A DNA stretch of 61,129 nt, the filler included, from an uncultured bacterium (GTDB taxonomy: Bacteria; CAZSTA01): assembly GCA_964609495.1 (NCBI GenBank). It is 2 parts of 2 records of this genome, joined end to end, with 100 filler letters (N's around TTAATTAATTAA, not from the genome) between each part and the next. Parts side by side here need not be neighbours in the genome. Positions count along the whole stretch, not along the records: positions 1 to 31,263 come from CAZSTA010000020.1; 1 more part is not named here. One strand, given 5' to 3'. The notes beneath the pieces were generated by a model, which searched no databases, was not told the origin of the DNA, and saw nothing but the letters and a program-made list of their open reading frames with translations. Shown in pieces: positions 10,001-18,753 of this stretch. A program made the translations under genes and the position numbers. Numbering within the stretch: position 1 is the stretch's first letter; every line of letters starts with the position of its first letter.

Positions 10001-12350
10001 TCTCTGGGGTGACCTCAGCTAATTGAGGAATCAATATCAAGTCACCATCATATAATCTCAGATCTCTATTCCTATCACCTTTCCTTAGAAGTGGAGCTAG
10101 GCTTAATGGGATCTGACGATCATCTCGAGATAAAAGGGAATTGGTAAGATCAGCCTGAGGAGAAGGACCTCCCGCTTGTACTATCACCCCTAAGAGAGTG
10201 TCCCCCTCTCGTATCTTATATGCTCCTGGTTTGTTCACCTCTCCTAAGATCATAACTTCCCCTGTCTCTGGGGTAAGTTCCAACCTTCTGGGAACTATTA
10301 TGAGATCATCCTTCTGCAAGAGGATGTTTTTGCTCAAATCCCCTTGTTCCAGAAGAGCAGAAAGATCGATCTTTCTCTTCCCTGTTTTCCTGATCAAGGA
10401 GGCATCGGTCAAATCCGCATCTTTTGTAGGGCCACCTGCTTGCGTTACGATATCGAGTAGAGTATCTCCTTCCGCGATCTTATATGCGGCTGGAGATGCA
10501 ATCTGACCAAGAACTAATACTTCCCCTAGCTCCAATTCAGAAAGTCCAGGGATAACTATCAGATCTCCCCCCTGTAATAATAGATCCTTGCTAGTATCCC
10601 CTTCTTCAAGTAAAGCTCTGAGATTCAAAGTTATCTTATCCCCTCTCCGCACCAGAGAGGCTTGAGATAGATCGGCTTGGTCAGTAACTCCTCCTGCTTG
10701 GACTACCACTTTGAGAAGGGTATCGTCTTCTCTTATTTTATATAATCCGGGTTTTGCTACCTGTCCGAGAAGGGATACCTCTCCTACCTCCGGAGCTAGC
10801 TCCCTCATCTCAGGAACTATTATCAGATCGCCGCTCTGCAAGGGGAGATCCATCGTCATATCACCTTTTCTCAGAAGGGAATTTAGATCTAGAGAGACCC
10901 TATCTTTCCCTCTGACTAAAAACGAGTTAGCTAAATCGGCCTTATCCGTCACCCCACCTGCTTCTATTATCGCTCCAAGTAGAGTGTCCTCCTTCTCAAA
11001 TTCATATCGTCCGGGTTTAGCAATTTGTCCTAGGAGCGATATCGTTTCAGCTTTAACAAGCTCCGGAATGATTAGGAGATCTCCCTCTTTAAGCTCTATA
11101 TCTTTGCTCATATCACCGGAGCGAAATAGCGAGGCTAGATCTAATTTCATACTTGTTCTGCCCCTTACCAAGGAGCAATTAGCCAGATCTGCCTTGGCCG
11201 TAGGACCTCCTGCCCCTAAAATGATGCTTAATAGACTTTCCCCCGGATATAGAGGATACATCCCTGGCCTATCCACTTGCCCTAGGATAATTACATTCCT
11301 TTCCATCTCGGTGAGTTCAGGGACGAGAAGCACATCGCCCGCTTGAACCTCGATATTCTGCTTCAAGTTTCCCTTCATCAATAATTCATCTAGGTCTATA
11401 GATACGACTTTACCCTCTCTCATAAGGGAGGCATCTCCCTTATTTGCTTTATCAGTTAGCCCCCCAGCTTTCGATATTAAGTCAATCAGGGTATATCCCC
11501 CTTTGATAATATAAGAACCTGGAGAGCTGACTTGTCCTAGAACCGAGGCTCTCTTCTCTTGTTCCTCTGGTATAAAGAGCATATCACCCGGCTGGAGGTC
11601 AAGGTTTAAGCTCTTATCTCCCAGAAGAAGCAATCTCTCTAAGTTTACAGGGATTATGTCGTTCCCTCGAGTGAGCGTTGCTCTTGATAAAGAGGCTGTT
11701 GAGGTGACTCCTCCTGCCTGTCCTATCAAATCCAAAACCTTATCTCCCTGTCGGAATATATATTCCCCTGGTTCCTGTATCTGGCCTAGGATGATGATAG
11801 TAGTCTCTGCCTTTTCAGGGATATAGACTATATCCCCAGCCTCCAGGGTATAGTTCTGCCTCATCTCCTTGCCCTTGAGGAGCTTCTCTAGATCCACAGG
11901 TATCGTTATCTTCTCTCTAATTATATAGGCACTTTTAAGATCAGCTTTCTCATCAACACCCCCCGCGAGAACCAACCCCTCCAAGACGGTTATCCTCTCT
12001 TGAGAGAGGTAGAGACCAGGATTCTTTATCTGTCCTAATATCAGGAAACGATCCTCCTTGAATCTAGTGACGATGACGGTGACCTGGGGATTCTGCACAT
12101 AGGGGGATATATTTTGAGCGATCTTCCTGGCCAATTGCTGAGGGGTTAGATCTGTTACCAATATCTCTCCCGCTAAGGGGAAAGAGATCCTACCATCTGG
12201 TCTGACGATCACTGGGCGCAACATCTCATCCTGTCCCCATACGCTTATCTCTAACTGATCTCCTGGCCCAAGTTTGTATTCGTCGGCTTGAATTGAGATT
12301 GCAGTTGCTAATATTATAAAGACTGTAATTATAATCGCTTTTGCTTTCAT
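7095..12350 (-). CDS. giant Wza/Poly_export-type polysaccharide export protein with 19 SLBB repeats
   Basis: ATG at 12350 after GGAGGAGG; signal peptide; Poly_export motif YKLGPGD.L.ISVW...VRPDGRISFPLAGEI; 19 repeats of (I/L/V)(L/F)G(Q/E)(V/I)..PG.Y...AGG...L..GD.I.(I/V)P; amphipathic C-terminus. Confidence 0.88.
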   Translation of the reverse strand: MKAKAIIITVFIILATAISIQADEYKLGPGDQLEISVWGQDEMLRPVIVRPDGRISFPLAGEILVTDLTPQQLARKIAQNISPYVQNPQVTVIVTRFKEDRFLILGQIKNPGLYLSQERITVLEGLVLAGGVDEKADLKSAYIIREKITIPVDLEKLLKGKEMRQNYTLEAGDIVYIPEKAETTIIILGQIQEPGEYIFRQGDKVLDLIGQAGGVTSTASLSRATLTRGNDIIPVNLERLLLLGDKSLNLDLQPGDMLFIPEEQEKRASVLGQVSSPGSYIIKGGYTLIDLISKAGGLTDKANKGDASLMREGKVVSIDLDELLMKGNLKQNIEVQAGDVLLVPELTEMERNVIILGQVDRPGMYPLYPGESLLSIILGAGGPTAKADLANCSLVRGRTSMKLDLASLFRSGDMSKDIELKEGDLLIIPELVKAETISLLGQIAKPGRYEFEKEDTLLGAIIEAGGVTDKADLANSFLVRGKDRVSLDLNSLLRKGDMTMDLPLQSGDLIIVPEMRELAPEVGEVSLLGQVAKPGLYKIREDDTLLKVVVQAGGVTDQADLSQASLVRRGDKITLNLRALLEEGDTSKDLLLQGGDLIVIPGLSELELGEVLVLGQIASPAAYKIAEGDTLLDIVTQAGGPTKDADLTDASLIRKTGKRKIDLSALLEQGDLSKNILLQKDDLIIVPRRLELTPETGEVMILGEVNKPGAYKIREGDTLLGVIVQAGGPSPQADLTNSLLSRDDRQIPLSLAPLLRKGDRNRDLRLYDGDLILIPQLAEVTPEIGEVALLGEVARPGLYKIREDDTLLKVIVEAGGTTDEADLSQASLVRGEEKQALELQALLKEGDTSKDLPLQRGDLIVIPKIPELREEIGEVALLGEVAKPGLYKIREDDTLLKVVVEAGGTTDEADLSQASLVRGEERRIINLASLLKGDMSADIPLQRNDLIIIPEIAEAAPVIGEVSLLGAINNPGAYEIREGDTLLEVIVRAGGPARDADLTDALLSRGDSQIALDLASLLEKGDRSKNLSLNNGDLILLPRLIELEPQIGKVSILGQVARPGAYEIRRKDTLLEVIVQAGGMTEKADLEKASLIRGEERISLDLISLFERGDMSKNIALEDRDLVIVPELMGAGEVSILGQVAGPGIYKIEKGDTLLKLILRAGGPSSDADLAESLLTRGEERIDIDLVSLLEKGDTSYDVPLESGDLLLIPRVTVSEEKVTLFGEVEKPGIYQLSPGDTLLDLITKAGGVKKEAQAKATIQRGIRTLSVDLERLFKQGDTSQNIPLENGDTIFVPEVATEANVFLFGQVPRPGSYNIIEGTTTLLDVIARAGGVSEDAYNTSAIVTRDEERITVDLSKLLLEGDTKFDVTLRSKDTIIIRKKGGEQVLILGQIGQPGSYPLEANETLVDIITKAGGPTEQALLTKTTIARENQVLERDVRGLLEKGDLSQNLPLKPNDLIFIPKKAEGEVTILGQVAKPGSYKLKERASLLDMLVEAGGPTERADLSSATLTRAGRLVDIDLDRLFNKGDASYNLLLQSGDSIFIPDIGENQILVLGQVNRPGAYEMKPGESLLKIITKAGGPAANASLSATVIGREEEGSRQVNLRRLLLEGDQSQDISLKLGDTIFIPEKTENRLYVLGEVKNPGVFRYEDYTTVLQAISLAGGVTDKAVLSRVRIIRGVTGEPQMLPADVRRLINKGDVTQDVLLLPGDVVFVPKTSRTDWNSVLKWVTTVVNGLNLTLEFRDTLKETF
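9595..10004. repeat. near-identical intragenic duplication (SLBB units 9 and 10, 264-bp period)
   Basis: 9595-9740 and 9859-10004 differ only by scattered substitutions. Confidence 0.8.
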
Positions 12351-12501
12351 CACAAAGCCTCCTCCAAGGCGATCTACCTTTAATATTCCATCCGAATTTG
12401 TTAGCTGGAAGCTCATTCGTCTGCCCTTAGGAGTGTCTAGGCTAAGATAGAACTTATAAGTTAAGAGTATCTCTCTCCTAAATCTGACTTCCTCCATATA
12501 A

Positions 12502-12530
12502 ATATTACCACAATTAAACCCTTTTGTCAA
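12502..12530 (-). promoter_or_regulatory. sigma70 promoter of SLBB/Wzc operon
   Basis: minus strand TTGACA-17nt-TAATAT with TG extension. Confidence 0.65.
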
Positions 12531-12595
12531 GACTATTAAAAGTGAACGATGCATATAGAATCAGGGATCAAAATGATTTCAGATCGAATTATAAT

Positions 12596-12745
12596 TCCCC
12601 CTCACCCTGGCCCTCTCCCACGAGGGGAGAGGGAACACTAAGATAAGATTGATCTCTATATTTCCCCCTCCCTTGACGGGAGGGGTTAGGAGAGGGTGGC
12701 TTGAGGGAGTTCAAATCTGCCTAGCACAAAGTTTACATGCTTACC
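12596..12745. repeat. REP/REPIN-like doublet with CACAAAGTTTACATGC tail
   Basis: same hairpin pair as 1325-1426. Confidence 0.85.
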
Positions 12746-12761
12746 AAGGCTGATGGATCAC

Positions 12762-12791
12762 TTGACCAACATTATTATTATGTGATATAAT
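12762..12791 (+). promoter_or_regulatory. sigma70 promoter of GH116 gene
   Basis: TTGACC-18nt-TATAAT with TG extension. Confidence 0.6.
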
Positions 12792-12853
12792 AGATACGAG
12801 TATATTGTCTATTATTTTTGATATAGCTAGTCTATGAAAAGAAAGGAGTAATA

Positions 12854-15544
12854 ATGGATACAAAAATGAGTGTTTACAAAGCACAGATTCCTTTTTCCGA
12901 ACAGGAACTCTTTGATTATGGGCCGCGTCGCCCCTATGTAGGAAGACAGCTTGACGAGATCGCATTTCCCCTAGGAGGAATCGGGACGGGATCGGTCTCC
13001 GTCGGGGGATGGGGACAGCTTCGTGATTGGGAGATATTCAATCGTCCAGCTAAGGGGAACACCCTTAATTTCTGCTTCTTCAGCCTCTGGGCTCAATCTG
13101 AAGGTGGACCATCCGTTGCGAAAGTCATTCAGGGACCTAAGGGGGGAGGCTATGTAGGAAGAGGTCATGGCCTTTTTGGTCGTAAAGATGGGGCTGGTCT
13201 CCCTCATTTTCGCGAGAATTCCTTTACCGGAGCATATCCCCTCGCTAAGCTCGATTTCAAAGATCCTGAGATGCCACTTGAGGTGGCGATTGAGGCTTTC
13301 AATCCCTTCATTCCCTTAAATGATAAGGATTCCAGTATCCCAGTGGCTATTTTTCTAGTGCATCTTACTAATTCCGGTGATAAGCGTGTCCGAGCTACTC
13401 TCTTTGCGAATCTAGAAAACCGCGCTGGTTATCCCGACCTCGGTGGGAACTTGAACACCTTTAAAAAGGATGAGAATATTGCTGGACTTTATATGACCTC
13501 GGAAAAACATCGTGATACCTCTCCTCGATTCGGAACTATGGCGCTGACAACGACTCATAGCGATCTCACTGTTCTCACGCGTTGGGCTCGGGTAGGCTGG
13601 TTCGATAGTCTCATCCGTTTCTGGGATCAGATCGAGGCGGGGGAGTTCAGCGAAACCCCAACTGCAGATCCCTCGCCTGATGTTGGGGATTTCAATCCCT
13701 TTATTCCCTTAAATAGTGATGTGGGAACAATAGGCCTTAAGTTGACTCTCGAGCCAGGGCAGTCCGAAGTATTCCCAATTATTATTAGCTGGCATTTCCC
13801 GAACTTCGAGAAATACTGGCATAGATATGACCCTGAAGGTTGCTGTGAAAAGCCGAAGTGGAAAAATTACTATGCCACGCTTTTTCAGGATGCCTGGGAT
13901 GTTGCGAGCTATGTTGCCAATAATCTCGAGCGGCTAGAGAAAGAAACCCGTCTCTTTCAACGCTCTCTCTTCGAAAGCACGCTTCCAAGTTATGTATTAG
14001 ATGCAGTAAGTTCACAAATTTCGACTCTTAAGACCTCAACTTGTCTTCGTCTGGAGGATGGAACTTTCTACGGATGGGAGGGGTGCAGTCCTGATAGCGG
14101 CTGTTGTGAGGGAACGTGCACTCACGTATGGAATTACGCTCAGACTCTACCCTATCTCTTCCCGAAGTTAGAACGCTCGATCCGAAACGCCGACTACAGA
14201 AATGACCTCCATAGTGATGGGCATATGACCTTCCGCATGCCTCTACCGCTAGGGACACCTGGAGACGAGAAATTCCATGCTGCCGCTGATGGACAGATGG
14301 GCAATATCCTACGAGTCTATCGCGAGTGGTTGATCTCTGGGGATGAGGATTGGTTGAGGGAGATATGGCCAAGCGTTAAATCATCGCTTGAGTTCGCTTG
14401 GTTATATTGGGATGCTGATAAGGACGGCGTTATGGAGGGAGTTCAGCACAACACTTATGACGTCGAGTTCTATGGTCCCAATACTATGATGGGCTCGCTT
14501 TACCTAGGGGCGCTCCGATCCGCTGAGGAGATAGCCCGCCACTTCGGCGAGGACGATAAAGCTGATGAATATCGAGGAGTCTTCGAAAGTGGTAGGGCGT
14601 GGATGGACGAACATCTCTTCAACGGCGAGTGGTATGAGCAATCTATTGACCCTGAAGCTGGCAAAAATGACCCTCGAGTCGAAGCTCTTAGACGCAAGGT
14701 GGAAGGCGATGAGGTTGAGATCGTAAAGGAGGGTCCTAAGTATCAATATGGTTCTGGTTGTCTATCCGATCAGATGCTTGGTCAGTGGTATGCACGGATG
14801 CTTCTGCTTGGTGATCTCTTCAATCCAGAGAAGGTGAGGAAAACTGCGTCATCCATCTTCAATTACAATTTCCGCGATGGATTCTTCGATTATGCCAATC
14901 CCCAGCGAATCTATGCCTTGAACGAAGAGCGAGGGTTGATCCTTTGCTCATGGCCGCGAGGAGGACGTCCGAAGATACCTTTTCCCTACTCTAATGAGGT
15001 CTGGACCGGCATCGAATATGCAGTAGCCAGTTTCCTTATTTATGAGGGATTGCTAGAGGAGGGTTTGACGCTTGTAAAGAGTGCCCGCGATCGGCACGAT
15101 GGCACCAGACGCAATCCCTGGGACGAGTTCGAGTGCGGTCATCACTACGCCAGAGCTATGGCAAGTTATTCAGTGCTTCTTGCCCTATCAGGATTCCACT
15201 ACTCAGCACCCGAACAGCATCTAAGCTTTGCTCCAGTAGTGAACGCTGAAGACTTCCGTAGCTTCTTTTCGGTTGAGACTAGCTGGGGAGTTTATTCGCA
15301 GAAAATCACCGATAGCTTATTTGAAGCTCGGGTTGAGATTAGAGCTGGCGAGATGATATTGAGGAGTCTGGGGATAGCACTCTCAAGAGGGCTAAATCAA
15401 AGCAGACAGATCGCAGCCTATCTGGGATTCAGTGCTATCCCTGTCAAGCTTGAAGTCGCCGATGAGCGAGCAACCCTTATCTTCAGCGCTCCAGCGCGGA
15501 TCGAGCCGGGCATACCTCTTGAGGTTAAGATCGGTCTGAGATGA
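12854..15544 (+). CDS. GH116 (GBA2-type) beta-glucosidase/glucosylceramidase family
   Basis: FPLGGIGTG, WEIFNRP, FYGWEG, CEGTCTHVWNY, QHNTYD.EFYG, GCLSDQ..GQW, EVWTGIEY, ECGHHYARAM. Confidence 0.9.
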   Translation: MDTKMSVYKAQIPFSEQELFDYGPRRPYVGRQLDEIAFPLGGIGTGSVSVGGWGQLRDWEIFNRPAKGNTLNFCFFSLWAQSEGGPSVAKVIQGPKGGGYVGRGHGLFGRKDGAGLPHFRENSFTGAYPLAKLDFKDPEMPLEVAIEAFNPFIPLNDKDSSIPVAIFLVHLTNSGDKRVRATLFANLENRAGYPDLGGNLNTFKKDENIAGLYMTSEKHRDTSPRFGTMALTTTHSDLTVLTRWARVGWFDSLIRFWDQIEAGEFSETPTADPSPDVGDFNPFIPLNSDVGTIGLKLTLEPGQSEVFPIIISWHFPNFEKYWHRYDPEGCCEKPKWKNYYATLFQDAWDVASYVANNLERLEKETRLFQRSLFESTLPSYVLDAVSSQISTLKTSTCLRLEDGTFYGWEGCSPDSGCCEGTCTHVWNYAQTLPYLFPKLERSIRNADYRNDLHSDGHMTFRMPLPLGTPGDEKFHAAADGQMGNILRVYREWLISGDEDWLREIWPSVKSSLEFAWLYWDADKDGVMEGVQHNTYDVEFYGPNTMMGSLYLGALRSAEEIARHFGEDDKADEYRGVFESGRAWMDEHLFNGEWYEQSIDPEAGKNDPRVEALRRKVEGDEVEIVKEGPKYQYGSGCLSDQMLGQWYARMLLLGDLFNPEKVRKTASSIFNYNFRDGFFDYANPQRIYALNEERGLILCSWPRGGRPKIPFPYSNEVWTGIEYAVASFLIYEGLLEEGLTLVKSARDRHDGTRRNPWDEFECGHHYARAMASYSVLLALSGFHYSAPEQHLSFAPVVNAEDFRSFFSVETSWGVYSQKITDSLFEARVEIRAGEMILRSLGIALSRGLNQSRQIAAYLGFSAIPVKLEVADERATLIFSAPARIEPGIPLEVKIGLR

Positions 15545-15603
15545 TCGGGTTATAGAATATGATTTGAAGACCCTTAACCTTATGGCTGGGATATGGAATA
15601 AGT

Positions 15604-15633
15604 ACAACCCTACGAATTCGCTCGTAGGGTTGT
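15604..15633. terminator. hairpin between convergent genes
   Basis: ACAACCCTACGA...TCGTAGGGTTGT 12-bp stem. Confidence 0.65.
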
Positions 15634-15663
15634 GATTCTGTATGAAGCTTATTTAATCTGATC

Positions 15664-17004
15664 CTATCTCATTGCTTTGACGGCGAGTTCCGCTGCCGTC
15701 GTAAGGGGATAGACAATCGGCGAGGCTGTCAATACTGGATGAGTTCCCATCTGGAACATAGCGACATCATCAGCGGTCATCTTCTGCTGAATACAAGCAC
15801 TGATAGCATTTATGAGCTCCCCAGCACTATTGGCGCCTGAGACTTGTCCGCCAAGGATCACCCCATTCCTCTTATTAAATATAAGTTTTATCTTTAGTTT
15901 CGCCATCCCGGGCATTCCCCCTGGATGACGGTTGGCTGCCTCCGCCTCCCCGATTACGATGTCATAGCCGTTATCTTTGGCAATTTTCTCCGTAAGTCCT
16001 GCGGTAGTGAAGGCAGTACCCCCTATCGCAGTGGAAAAGACGCCGACTGCGCCCATATTCTCTCTCTGTATATCGAACGCGTTAGCACCAGCTATCCGAG
16101 CTTCTGAAACCGCGATCGAAGCGAGTCTGAGGGCGATCGGCTTACCAGTGAAGAAGGACACCTTCTCGGCACAGTCGCCGCACGCGAAGATATTCTCATC
16201 ACTAGTCCTCATAGTCCGATCAACCTGAATACTCCTCGTTGGCCCTATCTCAAGGCCGGCTTTCTTGGCAAGCTCCGTGTTCGCGACGGTTCCGGTCGCC
16301 ATAATCACCGCATCTGCCTTTATCTCCTTGCCACTCGCAAGTTTCACCTTTTCCACCTTTTCGTTCCCCAGGAAAGCCTCAACCCTCTCGGATGTCAGGA
16401 CCTCAATGCCTCTCTTTCTAATTAAGTCCTCCGCTACAATACAGATATCCTCATCGCAAGCCAATAGCAAGCAGTGTGACAACATCTCCACTATCGTTAT
16501 ATTAATATCCCGATTCTTCTTACACTCATCGGCAAACTCCATACCAATGAAGCCACCGCCCACAATTACGAGATCTGAGGTATCCTCCAGTTTATTGAGG
16601 AGCTTCTCAAGATATGGGATATCCTTCTTCGCCACGAAGATATTCTCCTTATCGACGCCAGAGATTGGGGGTATTGACGGCGATGAACCCGTGGCTAGGA
16701 TGAGCTTCTCATAGCCCACCTTCTCTCCACTCGCAGTATTGAGAAGACGATTCTCGCGATCTATCTCAGTAACTTCATCAATCATAAGCTCGATGTTGTT
16801 CTTCTCAAGTGCGGTGTCAGGGATCAGATTCTTATCCGGGCTCCCGAGGGTCCCGAAGATATAAGGTATCCCGCAAGGGACCAATACCTGCTTCTCTCTC
16901 CGAATCAGAAGCGCGCTCTTTTCAGGATAGTATCTACGACAAGTTACTGCGGCAGGTATCCCTGCTGCACTGCCACCGATAACAACTACATCTGCCTTCT
17001 TCAT
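15664..17004 (-). CDS. FAD-dependent pyridine nucleotide-disulfide oxidoreductase (CoA-disulfide reductase/NADH oxidase-like)
   Basis: IGGSAAG, single redox Cys in PCGIPY, ATGS, GGGFIGME, IFACGDC, C-terminal dimerisation domain. Confidence 0.88.
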   Translation of the reverse strand: MKKADVVVIGGSAAGIPAAVTCRRYYPEKSALLIRREKQVLVPCGIPYIFGTLGSPDKNLIPDTALEKNNIELMIDEVTEIDRENRLLNTASGEKVGYEKLILATGSSPSIPPISGVDKENIFVAKKDIPYLEKLLNKLEDTSDLVIVGGGFIGMEFADECKKNRDINITIVEMLSHCLLLACDEDICIVAEDLIRKRGIEVLTSERVEAFLGNEKVEKVKLASGKEIKADAVIMATGTVANTELAKKAGLEIGPTRSIQVDRTMRTSDENIFACGDCAEKVSFFTGKPIALRLASIAVSEARIAGANAFDIQRENMGAVGVFSTAIGGTAFTTAGLTEKIAKDNGYDIVIGEAEAANRHPGGMPGMAKLKIKLIFNKRNGVILGGQVSGANSAGELINAISACIQQKMTADDVAMFQMGTHPVLTASPIVYPLTTAAELAVKAMR

Positions 17005-17146
17005 TCATATGCCTCCTTTATATTTTACATCCTGCCTCCGACAAGCTATACAACCTTTAAAATAGTAATTTCTTGACTTTTGCGAGCGCTTTGAGGGAAA
17101 TTCTACTATTGATATCCTTTCTTGCATTTCAGTTCATTTGCTCTCT

Positions 17147-17175
17147 ATTATATCATATCTCCATCTTTTTTGCAA
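17147..17175 (-). promoter_or_regulatory. sigma70 promoter of the flavoprotein gene
   Basis: minus strand TTGCAA-17nt-TATAAT with TG. Confidence 0.6.
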
Positions 17176-17258
17176 GTCGCAAAGTCAAGAAGTTACTTGT
17201 TTGAAACTCAGTAGATTCTAAAGGGAAACTAAAAAGGAAGAATAATTGATACTTTGAC

Positions 17259-17309
17259 AAAAAACAACGGACAGAGCTTTCGGTTGACCGCCTAGCACCC
17301 TGTCCGTTG
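17259..17309 (-). terminator. intrinsic terminator downstream of Mrp
   Basis: CAACGGACAG...CTGTCCGTTG stem followed by T6 on minus strand. Confidence 0.65.
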
Positions 17310-17431
17310 ATTACCCGCTCTCTTATAGAGAGCTAGATTATTCTAAATTGTAAATGATTTTTCGCTTAATAGCAAGCTCTCTTAAAGAGCAAGAGGATAT
17401 ATCTTATCTCATAGCAAAAAATGAATGGTCA

Positions 17432-18223
17432 TCAATCTAATATCTTCTCTCCATGCTTTCTCTCCTCTATAAACTCCTTACACAACTGGGCGACTTGCTG
17501 GAATGCTTTAGCCGCCTCCGTATCGCCAAATCTATGAATGAAGGAGAAACCTTCATCTCCTGAAGAGACAATTTGAAGTTCGATGGGTATTCTTCCCAAA
17601 AATGGGACCCCTAATTCTCTGGCTGCGCGCTCTCCTCCCCCGACCTTAAATAGATCTACTCTCTTCCCACAGTGAGGGCAGATAAAACCACTCATATTCT
17701 CTAAGATCCCGATTACCGGTATTTCAAGTTGCCTAACGAAGTTGACCGCCCTTCTAGAATCGAGCAGAGAAAGATCTTGAGGAGTCGTTACAATTATAGC
17801 TCCATCTAGCTTTTCCAGTAGTTGAGCAACGCTTAGAGGCTCATCTCCTGTCCCCGGGGGAGAATCTATAATTAGATAGTCTAATTCTCCCCACTCTACA
17901 TCATTAATGAATTGGTCGATAGCTTTCATCTTGAGTGGACCTCGCCAGATAACAGGGGCGTCTTTGCTCAATAAGAAAGCCATAGAAACCACTGAGAGAT
18001 TTGGTGAAGCTATGACAGGCTGAATCTTATCCTGAACATAGCTCAAATTCTCATTCTCGATTCCTAACATCTTGGGGATACTCGGTCCATGGATATCCAC
18101 ATCTAGGAGCCCCACTGAATATCCACTAGTGGCTAAGGAGGTTGCCAAGTTCACGGCAACCGTCGATTTCCCAACCCCTCCTTTACCGCTTAGAATTAAT
18201 ATCTTACTTTTTACCCTTTCCAT
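17432..18223 (-). CDS. Mrp/NBP35 (ApbC) Fe-S cluster carrier ATPase
   Basis: SGKGGVGKST, DVDIHGPS, WRGP, DSPPGTGDE, ENMS..CPHCG. Confidence 0.93.
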   Translation of the reverse strand: MERVKSKILILSGKGGVGKSTVAVNLATSLATSGYSVGLLDVDIHGPSIPKMLGIENENLSYVQDKIQPVIASPNLSVVSMAFLLSKDAPVIWRGPLKMKAIDQFINDVEWGELDYLIIDSPPGTGDEPLSVAQLLEKLDGAIIVTTPQDLSLLDSRRAVNFVRQLEIPVIGILENMSGFICPHCGKRVDLFKVGGGERAARELGVPFLGRIPIELQIVSSGDEGFSFIHRFGDTEAAKAFQQVAQLCKEFIEERKHGEKILD

Positions 18224-18311
18224 AATGTCCTGAACGATTCTAGCCTTCCTTCAATTTTAGTATCGTCCGATTCTCCTTTCTATTCTTCAGAGGTTTGACT
18301 AATTCAAGAAT

Positions 18312-18737
18312 TTAGTCTCGAGACTTGCGACTACATTGCTGACATTCTCCAAAGATTATCACCCGTTGCGATTTGAATTTGTATTTCTTGATTTTCTCAT
18401 CGAGCCCCTCCAGAACCTTATTATCGATATCGATTATCCTACCACAGCTTAAACAGATTAGATGATTATGAGGTGAGCGATTTAATTCGTAATAAACCGG
18501 TCTATCATCGAGATTCAACTTCCGGACTAATCCTATATCAGTTAATAGGCGCAGAGTTCGATATACCGTAGATAACCCGATATCTGGATTCTTATCTTTT
18601 AGAAGCCCATAGATCTCCTCAGCAGTGAGGTGTCCTTCGGTATTCTCTAATAGTTCAAAGATAGCCTCTCGCTGAGAAGTTAATTTATAATTTCCTACAT
18701 GTAGTGATCTTTCAAATTCCTCAATTTCTTGATACAT
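18312..18737 (-). CDS. Fur-family transcriptional regulator
   Basis: LTSQR..I, HLTAEEIY, STVYRTL, HNHLICLSCG, CxxC. Confidence 0.92.
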   Translation of the reverse strand: MYQEIEEFERSLHVGNYKLTSQREAIFELLENTEGHLTAEEIYGLLKDKNPDIGLSTVYRTLRLLTDIGLVRKLNLDDRPVYYELNRSPHNHLICLSCGRIIDIDNKVLEGLDEKIKKYKFKSQRVIIFGECQQCSRKSRD

Positions 18738-18753
18738 TTTTCATCCCTCAATT

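Noticed and set aside
10198-11346. Plus-strand ORFs of 102 and 211 aa, and similar antisense ORFs elsewhere
   Set aside because: Shadow ORFs opposite well-supported genes
12351-12554. N-terminal 68 aa of the 1819-aa ORF
   Set aside because: Overlaps the predicted promoter; RBS and signal peptide point to ATG at 12350
18224-18260. In-frame TGA upstream of Mrp as possible selenocysteine
   Set aside because: An in-frame TAA lies two codons further upstream, leaving no extended reading frame
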